From Amoeboradix gromovi X-113 (Eukaryota > Fungi > Sanchytriomycota), in assembly GCA_018985225.1 (NCBI GenBank), contig JADGIF010000410.1:1-9112 (forward strand): 9,112 nucleotides of DNA. Direction: 5' to 3'. The translations under genes were made by a program, and so were the position numbers. A model generated the notes under the pieces. The model was not told the origin of the DNA, made no database searches, and worked only from the letters and a program-made list of their open reading frames with translations. Shown here in pieces: positions 1 to 6,982 of the stretch (position 1 is its first letter; the number at the start of each line of letters is the position of its first letter).

Positions 1-3000
1 TTCTAATGGAGTGCTGTCCATTTTATCCATGCTGCTCTGTAACTTGAAGTATTTCACTTTATATTCGCATTCGTGCTTGTCGGGTTCTTGATTGCTTTGG
101 ATATCATCCAGGTAATCTGTAAGCGTTGATCTATCATCTTTTATTTCCGAACATCCCTCGGTAACCTCTGCATTTATATCAGAAGTTTTGCGTGAAACAT
201 CGTCATCTTTCATGTCTACAATAGTTTGGCTAAATACATCTTCAGTAGATGCCCCAGAATATTGCGTGTTTACGTTATCTGTTGAACTGACATTTCTGTC
301 TTCATGATCAGACTTTCTGTTGGCCCTTTTACAATCTCTTAAATCCGTTTTAACTTTATTAAGTTCTTCTAACAACTTTACTATTTGTTTTTTATCGCCA
401 CTAGATCTACTCAATTCCTGTATTTTTTGACCATGCTCCACCTTGATTCTGATTATGTCATTTTCCAATTCCTCAATTTGGGACTCCAGTTCAGTGATTC
501 TGCTGACCAACTTTTCGATTTCTACATCCTTATGATCCCTAGCATCTGCATCGTGATTTATGTTGTTCAGGATTTCAGGAGTAAATCTATTTAACATCTC
601 AGATTCTAATTTTGTTTCCATCATCTCAGTTGGCGTTGGATCACTCTCTTCATCCAGTAAAGTCTGTAGCTCTTTATTTGCTTCTTTAATATTCCGATCT
701 GTTGAGTTTTCGGTGTCTTTTGAGTTTCTAGCAGCTGTATTTCTTAACTGCAACGACTGCAACATTTCCTGCGCGCGCAACTGTTCTAATTCATGCACTT
801 CTCGTTGCAATAATTCTATTTTTGATTGAAGTCCTGCTACTTCTTCCCTATGCTTCGCATCAATTTGTTCGAATGCAGTAGCATTTTCGGCATTTAGACT
901 ATTGAGCTCTATTAAATGGGATTCGTTGATGTTCAAACCATATACTTCTTTTTCCTTTGAATGATTCTCTTGCAGTGTCTTTATGTGTTCTTCGTGCTTT
1001 TCAATCAACTCTTTCAGCTCTAAATCATGTTGCTGTGTGATTTTAGATATCAGTTCATCATGATTTATTAAATCTTGATCACGCAACTGGTCATGTCTTT
1101 CGTGTATTGAAGCTATATATTGGTCCTGTTTCTCATTTATTGACTTAATTTGATCTGCATGCTCCTGTTGTATTTTGCTAATTTCACCTTCATGTTGAAG
1201 TTTAGCCGCGTTCATATGTTCTGCATTTTGGGTAACCAAAGTGCTTATCTCATCCTGATGGTCTTTCAGCAGCAACTCGCCATTTTCCAGTTTGGCTTTA
1301 TCTAGTTCTTCTTCATGTGCTGTTTTAATGCTTTGCAGTAGCTCGTCATGCTGCGCTTTGATTTCACTTAGTGACGCTTGATAATCCATATCAGTCCGCT
1401 TCAATTTGTCCTCGTGCTCTGTTTTAATTTTAACTATTTCATTGTTGTGATCCTCTTTAACTCTGTCTAATTCTACCTGATGGTCATTTCTTAACTTATT
1501 CATATCTTCCTGATGTTGCTGCAGATTGACTTGACTATTGATAATTGGTGATTCCAATTGTAGTGTCATTCTCTGCAGTCTAAGCATTTTGTCTTTCAAT
1601 GAATCTGTAGATGACATTGTTCTAGTATTAAGTAGCTCGTCGTCATCATCTATAGTACTACTAGAATAACCTGCCTCGACAGTTGGCTGTGCTTGTTGAT
1701 CCATCATAATTGTAGAAGTGGCAGATTGATCACTAATATTAGATGACCTCTGTGAATAATTTAAAGCCCTTGGTACTATTCCGAGTGGCTTTGGTGATGT
1801 GTTTTGACTAGTTGTGTTGCTCATTAAGTACTGCTGCTCTAACTCGTTTATACGAGCTTGAGCAGATTGAAATTTCAATGATTCGTGTTCTGATTTTAAC
1901 AATTCATGCTGTTTCGCCAAACTTGCATAATCTTTAGCCAGTACTTCATGATCAAATGTCAATTGAGCAAGAGTTCCTGCTATCTCTGTATCGTTAGGCT
2001 TGTCTGATATTGACAAAACATCATTTGACTGGTTAGAAGTTACTGATCCCGTTTTTGAGCCTGCGAGTGAAGCAGCAATGGATTCGGTCTTAGAAATACT
2101 CTTCTCCAATGAATGTATCTTTTCCTGAGATTTACCGACTAGTCCTTTTAATTTACTTACAGCCAATTTCAATTTATTGTTATCAGACTCTAATGTTTCT
2201 CTTTCCGATTTGAAAACAGAGGATTGGTGCATCAACTCATCTGTTTTTTCACTTAAACTGGTACTTAAGTTTTCGACTTTCAGTTCTAGATCATGAATTG
2301 TTTGCTGGCTTTTTGTAGCATCAATTGTGTTCTGGTTTATTATGGAATCATGTTCCATTGTCAGCTTGTGAACCGCATCTTGGGCTATTTTCAATTCACG
2401 AGCTAATCGTATTACATCTGTCGGGTTGTTGTGATTGCTGTTGCTTCTTGAGAGTGGATGATTCAAATTTGATTGGTTTCTAGACGGAGGATGAACGTTA
2501 TGCCTTAGCGGCACTTGTATCTTAATATTAAGTGCTTTGATTGTCGCTTCTTGCTGTTCAATTTTAGTCTGAAGCAGTTGAACTTTGGATTCATTTAAAT
2601 CCAAGTCTTTCCATGGAAAATCAGTAGTAAATGTGCTTTCTAGATTTTCTATGTCATTAAGCAAATTGGATAAACGAGATGAACTGGGAGTCTCTTTTTG
2701 AATTATATTTTTTGAATCATTTTTAGTACCAATTTCTTCAGTCATTGTGCTGTTAGATTTCATTTCAGGAACAGCTTGCATTGATATAATTGTTTCCAAC
2801 AACCTAGAGACATGCATGTAATATTCAAATTCTTTGACAGTTTTATCAGGCAGTTCTGGTACAATCTTTGAGAGTTCTATTTTCAGTTCATCCGTATTCG
2901 CATATATGGACTTCAATTGCTCAATAGATAAGTGATATTTCAATTGAAGTTTTTCATGAGCCTGATTCAACTTGTCAAGTTTTTTGAGTGAATGGGCGTA

Positions 3001-3399
3001 CTTCAAGCGGATTTGAGGCAATTCATTTCTATCTGATTCTGATGCTATCTGATGATCTGCAGGTATTTTTGGCGTTTCTGGAGCCGCTGATATCGTAGAG
3101 TTTATAGGACGGCTACTAATTTGGATCAATTTAGGAAGTGGTCGCAGTTGGATTGAATTAAACAGTTTGAGAACAATTTCTGCATCAACCGATATCAGCA
3201 ACTTCTTATTCTCTGTTGTTAAATGTTCTGACCAAGCACCAAAGAGTGTTTCCCAAATAACTAAAAACATTTGACATTTCGAGTCGTCGTAATATAATAA
3301 ATGATAGATAATATTTTTAAGCTGCTGCCTAAGAAGCAGAGTGTCTCGTTTCTTTGATGAATGGATAAACTCAAACTGGTTTAATGAGAGTTGAAACAT
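1..3399 (-). CDS. Large predicted coiled-coil protein of unknown family, >=1133 aa, 3'-partial (runs off the left edge)
   Basis: Hand translation of the minus strand from ATG at 3399 (in-frame TGA upstream at 3418-3420) finds no stop down to base 1. It begins MFQLSLNQFEFIHSSKKRDTLLLRQQLKNIIYHLLYY and ends ...KVKYFKLQSSMDKMDSTPLE. It is rich in E/K/Q/L/S with long coiled-coil-like segments (e.g. VAGLQSKIELLQREVHELEQLRAQEML) separated by S/T/P/N-rich linkers. It is probably missing from the ORF track because its stop lies outside the window. Confidence 0.93.
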   Translation of the reverse strand, partial: MFQLSLNQFEFIHSSKKRDTLLLRQQLKNIIYHLLYYDDSKCQMFLVIWETLFGAWSEHLTTENKKLLISVDAEIVLKLFNSIQLRPLPKLIQISSRPINSTISAAPETPKIPADHQIASESDRNELPQIRLKYAHSLKKLDKLNQAHEKLQLKYHLSIEQLKSIYANTDELKIELSKIVPELPDKTVKEFEYYMHVSRLLETIISMQAVPEMKSNSTMTEEIGTKNDSKNIIQKETPSSSRLSNLLNDIENLESTFTTDFPWKDLDLNESKVQLLQTKIEQQEATIKALNIKIQVPLRHNVHPPSRNQSNLNHPLSRSNSNHNNPTDVIRLARELKIAQDAVHKLTMEHDSIINQNTIDATKSQQTIHDLELKVENLSTSLSEKTDELMHQSSVFKSERETLESDNNKLKLAVSKLKGLVGKSQEKIHSLEKSISKTESIAASLAGSKTGSVTSNQSNDVLSISDKPNDTEIAGTLAQLTFDHEVLAKDYASLAKQHELLKSEHESLKFQSAQARINELEQQYLMSNTTSQNTSPKPLGIVPRALNYSQRSSNISDQSATSTIMMDQQAQPTVEAGYSSSTIDDDDELLNTRTMSSTDSLKDKMLRLQRMTLQLESPIINSQVNLQQHQEDMNKLRNDHQVELDRVKEDHNNEIVKIKTEHEDKLKRTDMDYQASLSEIKAQHDELLQSIKTAHEEELDKAKLENGELLLKDHQDEISTLVTQNAEHMNAAKLQHEGEISKIQQEHADQIKSINEKQDQYIASIHERHDQLRDQDLINHDELISKITQQHDLELKELIEKHEEHIKTLQENHSKEKEVYGLNINESHLIELNSLNAENATAFEQIDAKHREEVAGLQSKIELLQREVHELEQLRAQEMLQSLQLRNTAARNSKDTENSTDRNIKEANKELQTLLDEESDPTPTEMMETKLESEMLNRFTPEILNNINHDADARDHKDVEIEKLVSRITELESQIEELENDIIRIKVEHGQKIQELSRSSGDKKQIVKLLEELNKVKTDLRDCKRANRKSDHEDRNVSSTDNVNTQYSGASTEDVFSQTIVDMKDDDVSRKTSDINAEVTEGCSEIKDDRSTLTDYLDDIQSNQEPDKHECEYKVKYFKLQSSMDKMDSTPLE
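850..1515 (-). repeat. Degenerate 11-residue (hendecad) His-periodic repeat inside the large coiled-coil CDS
   Basis: HQEDMNKLRND-HQVELDRVKED-HNNEIVKIKTE-HEDKLKRTDMD-YQASLSEIKAQ-HDELLQSIKTA-HEEELDKAKLE... His falls at residues 629, 640, 651, 662, 684 and 695, then after one 8-residue slip at 714, 736, 747, 769, 780, 791, 802 and 813. A weaker continuation runs to about residue 850. Confidence 0.85.
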
Positions 3400-4639
3400 G
3401 ACGATGGTCAAATCTCCTCAATTTTAGAATTTAATAAATTGGAAACACCACTAATGACCTGAACTTCTAGCGCAATCATATCACTTTACAAATAAATGTG
3501 TTGATGTAGAAATAATCTATTGAAACCTTTTTGAGCTCTCAGGACTATTTGGCTACTTGAACACAATTGCGCCTATTGTACCAATATCAAGGTCTCTGTC
3601 CTTTTAGAACAAATGCTAGACGACTAAGTTTGGATTAATCCACAACCCCGGTCTGAAATCGGTGAGGCTAATCCCGGAGCGATTTGACTCAGTTTAGAAT
3701 AAATCAGCTTATTAAATATGCCCACATTGCCAAAAGTCTTGATTTCCAATAAAATCGAGAATTTACACAGAGAAACTAGCAATGCTAGTAAATCCGTTAC
3801 AGTGATTGCTCACGCTTTCACTACCTTGAGGCGGGATTGAATAAGGGTGTATATACTTGATCTATATATTCGTAGTTGCCATATGATCTCTATCTATCTC
3901 CAAATGACAATCGGCAGAATTGTAGCTCTCCAAATTGGTTCTCTTAAGATTTCTACATCTTGTACATGTATAATAAGTATTAATATATAGCGTTGTTGCA
4001 CATGCAAAACCTATAACATACGAATTATTAAATAAATGGTTTACAGGTTTACTTGTCGTTGATATCTTTTGAGGAGGTTGAAAGACATCTAGTAGTTCAT
4101 GTTTGGACCAGTTCCTCAGTGTTGATAAATATCGAGTATTTAAGATATTGGGGAAATCTAAAAAAGTCATGCAATTATATAAAAATATTTACGAATACTC
4201 GATAATTAATTTATTTTACAAAATTCAATAGCTGCTTGAGTCAAATTGACCTAGTAGTCAGATTAATCCATTGAACTGAGTCAGTGTTGAGACTGTAATA
4301 ACTTAAACTTACATGTCTAGCAATTGCGTAGACTTTCCTTGTGATTTCTTCATTCGAGATATAGTTATCGTCTCAGCAAATTCTCGTTTCGAGCAAAACA
4401 GTTGAAACTAGGTAGGATGATTTTTAATTGATAAATCCATAAACAAAGTTTACAATTACACTATATTCGCTGCAATTCCAATCAGAATGGCCATCAAAAA
4501 TCCTAGCATAACAAGTTTTATAAATTATAGAGCGTCTTGCGGCACTAAATAATCTATTCCGCTACATGAGTATTGCGCATTAAAAACCCTAGCACATGAA
4601 TGTATATTGTGTGGTTGATATTTACTTATACTACAGCAA

Positions 4640-4659
4640 CCCCCCCCCCCCACCACCAC
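4640..4659 (+). repeat. C12 homopolymer followed by short ACC repeats
   Basis: cccccccccccc (4640-4651) then accaccac; conspicuous against the AT-rich background. Confidence 0.9.
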
Positions 4660-4823
4660 TAACTCCTTCCATTGCGATTATTTCCCTATAGAGAAATAAT
4701 TACGCTTGCTTTGCTACAGGTCTCCAGTATACTTTAAGTCGCACTAGAAGGTGGAGAGCTATCTGAGTTGCAAAACAAGAAACGATAGAATTGTTCAAAA
4801 TTAATTTATTTTTCATGCAAGTA

Positions 4824-5246
4824 TTAGTTCAGAAGCAATGCGATTTTCTTATTTAATACCTTGGGGTCATCCACCCTACAAATTAATACTGAGTTCTCAT
4901 GTATCTTGACCATGAAGGTCTTGGTTTTTTCATTTTTGTGGAAATTAGACACGTGTCTTTTCAAATCAAACCTCCACTTAAACCTAGTTTTACATGTTAA
5001 GCAAATCCCTTCGATGTTATTAAAATGTTTTTTTAAATGGTTAGCATTGTTTCGTGGATTATTAGTTTCGTAATCACAAGATCGCCATTGGCATTTTGAG
5101 GACTGTCTTACTTTATGGTCTCTCTTGATATGTTCCATGCACAAAAAGTCACTGGGGTATTCCAAATGGCAGTTTTCCCATTCGCATATTCTCGGGTGCA
5201 TAATAGGATCCAGCAGCTTTAACATTAACGACCTGTCATTGTTCAT
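4824..5246 (-). CDS. Small triple C2H2 zinc-finger protein with a PacC/Rim101-like (tandem CWCH2) DNA-binding domain, 140 aa
   Basis: Finger 1 CEWENC...HIKRDH, finger 2 CQWRSC...HLKKH, finger 3 CLTC...FKWRFDLKRHVSNFH. Trp in the Cys knuckles of fingers 1 and 2, plus the finger-3 pattern FKxxxDLKxHV, match the PacC/Rim101 architecture, which is also related to GLI/ZIC. Confidence 0.88.
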   Translation of the reverse strand: MNNDRSLMLKLLDPIMHPRICEWENCHLEYPSDFLCMEHIKRDHKVRQSSKCQWRSCDYETNNPRNNANHLKKHFNNIEGICLTCKTRFKWRFDLKRHVSNFHKNEKTKTFMVKIHENSVLICRVDDPKVLNKKIALLLN

Positions 5247-5309
5247 TGTTGTTTTGCGGTCTTAACGTTTAAATGCTGTATTTCATTCTATTTAATATTA
5301 AGTCTAGAC

Positions 5310-5319
5310 CTGATTGGCT
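5310..5319 (-). promoter_or_regulatory. CCAAT box (NF-Y/HAP-type) upstream of the PacC-like gene
   Basis: The minus strand reads AGCCAATCAG, a full RRCCAATCAG consensus match about 64 nt upstream of the ATG at 5246. Confidence 0.45.
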
Positions 5320-5486
5320 AGGGTATATGAAGTAAATTAACTTTCTTGCTGCTTTCAAGTCATACTTTCAGACCACTCAAGTTCAATCTGGCAAACTGCG
5401 TTGAAGTTCGGCACAGCATAAGCAATGTTAGTTTGATAATTCAAAGATTAAAAGTTTTTCTGGTTTTTAAAACTAAATCAAGTTTA

Positions 5487-5984
5487 TTATTTTCTGGTGA
5501 TTGGTGGCGGAGGAAATCCCTGGAATTGCTGTGCCGGAGCAGAGACTGCTTGCTGAGGTGCCATTTGTGCGCTTTGCACCTGATTTTGGTTAGCAGGTAA
5601 GCCCTGAGGTAACACTGCTGTCGCAGCTTGGGTTGTAGGTAACTGTTGACTAACACTTTGAGCTGCTGCTGGAAACTGCTGCTGGCCAATTGGATTCAGT
5701 TGCTGTTGCTGGGAATTCGGATCAACTGAAGTCAGTTGCTGCGTACTTGAGTCAATCGGGGCTTGGGAAAATGCTGCGGTGGACGCATCCATTGGTTGTT
5801 GGGCTGGAGACCTATTATGCATCATCCAACCTAGTCCTGCAACTGAACCCAGAGCTGCTAGCCCTAACCCTACTTTAGTTTTAGTACCAATATCTTTCCA
5901 GCCTCTCTTCTCTAAATTTTGAGCTTTGCTGCTTGTGTTTTCCGCGCTTGTACCAGATGCATAAAGATATACAATATAAATCAT
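5487..5984 (-). CDS. Small putatively secreted or membrane-anchored protein, 165 aa: short signal-like N-terminus, LEKR dibasic site, Gly-rich hydrophobic segment, Gln/Pro/Ala-rich tail
   Basis: MIYIVYLYASGTSA-ENTSSKAQNLEKR-GWKDIGTKTK-VGLGLAALGSVAGLGWMM-HNR followed by a low-complexity Q/P/A/S tail ending FPPPPITRK. The modular composition is strongly non-random, and AATAAA overlaps the TAA stop. Confidence 0.8.
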   Translation of the reverse strand: MIYIVYLYASGTSAENTSSKAQNLEKRGWKDIGTKTKVGLGLAALGSVAGLGWMMHNRSPAQQPMDASTAAFSQAPIDSSTQQLTSVDPNSQQQQLNPIGQQQFPAAAQSVSQQLPTTQAATAVLPQGLPANQNQVQSAQMAPQQAVSAPAQQFQGFPPPPITRK

Positions 5985-6681
5985 ACCAACAGGCTGGATC
6001 TTGTCTTTTATTTCATTTTAGGTGACACTTGTGTTAAAAATGCTACATGAGATGATGTACCCAGTAGTACAGCAATTGTGTGACAGGATTTTGAGAAAAT
6101 GAGAACTACAAGTCTGGAATCACATTTCCTCGCTGTTTCATAATAATAGCCATTCTGGGTCTTTCTTTCCAACTACGATCTCATGAGCAGTTAAATAACT
6201 ATGCCAACACTTTCTGTGTTGGAAAGTGCATTATAAATAGCTTTCTACAGCATACTACCGGATGTCTTCTAACGTGGTTCTTTGAGCTATGTCCCAGTAA
6301 ATGAATTTGTCACTCATTTTCCCTAGTCAACCTGCGACCTAGTCAAATATCAAGGTTTTAAGGCGCAAACTAAAAGGTTCAAGATCCAAAGAAGGAATAA
6401 TTCCTAATCGAATAAACAGAACCCAGTTGAAATCTGTCTAACGAATAAAAATATTTGTCTCAAGATCATATTTGGGGCTTTTTCCAACTTCTCCAAATGT
6501 GAGTCTGCCCGTCATGTTTCGAAAATTACTTTAAATTTCGGAAATCAATAGAATGGTGCATTATGGTTCTGACATAACTTGTCGACTTGTGGATTTGCGC
6601 AATTACCTAATAGGCCTGTAAAAATAGATCTGTTTCCAATCATCTTGTCTAGTTAAAGTTTTGAAATACATTCAAAAGGGG

Positions 6682-6972
6682 ATGCGACCATCAACACAAG
6701 AACTGTTTACCATGGAAATTCAATATCTGCTTAATCCTGAACACTACTGCAAAAAGTGCTTGAAATCGTTTAAGAACAAATGCTCTTTGACAAGACACGA
6801 AAAGAACGTACATAGTAGCTCATTAAAATGCAGATATTGCCAAAACCAGTTAAAAGCATTTGGCAGACCAGATGCCTTCAGAGCACATTTGAAGAGATGT
6901 AAAGTGTTAAAAGAAAAGCTCAAGACCCAAGATACAGGGATTCGGCAAAGGATACTACAAGCCGGACTATAA
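6682..6972 (+). CDS. Very small two-finger zinc protein (C2H2 + C2HC), 96 aa from ATG 6682 or 86 aa from ATG 6712
   Basis: CKKCLKSFKNKCSLTRHEKNVH (C2H2) and CRYC...RPDAFRAHLKRC (C2HC). The track start at 6661 is TTG; in-frame ATGs lie at 6682 and 6712. CCAATCA occurs upstream at 6636-6642. Confidence 0.82.
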   Translation: MRPSTQELFTMEIQYLLNPEHYCKKCLKSFKNKCSLTRHEKNVHSSSLKCRYCQNQLKAFGRPDAFRAHLKRCKVLKEKLKTQDTGIRQRILQAGL

Positions 6973-6982
6973 AAACTAATAT

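Noticed and set aside
385-829. Plus-strand track ORFs 385-594 and 560-829
   Set aside because: Antisense shadows of the long minus-strand coiled-coil CDS; their F/S/L/C-rich composition is what the reverse complement of E/K/Q-rich codons produces.
3718-3840. 40-codon plus-strand ORF MPTLPKVLISNKIENLHRETSNASKSVTVIAHAFTTLRRD*
   Set aside because: Short, with no recognisable motif; reading through the TGA or joining downstream frames gave nothing convincing.
3862-4170. Track ORF of 102 aa on the minus strand
   Set aside because: No recognisable domain or compositional signal, and it ends in TAG unlike the six supported complete genes. It cannot be excluded as an orphan gene but is not supportable.
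4861-5878. Track ORFs 4861-5073, 5346-5600, 5441-5689 and 5690-5878
   Set aside because: They overlap better-supported genes in antisense or alternative frames and show no protein-family features.
6095-6304. 69-codon stop-free plus-strand frame (ENENYKSGITFPRC...ELCPSK*)
   Set aside because: No ATG, no convincing splice acceptor and no recognisable motif.
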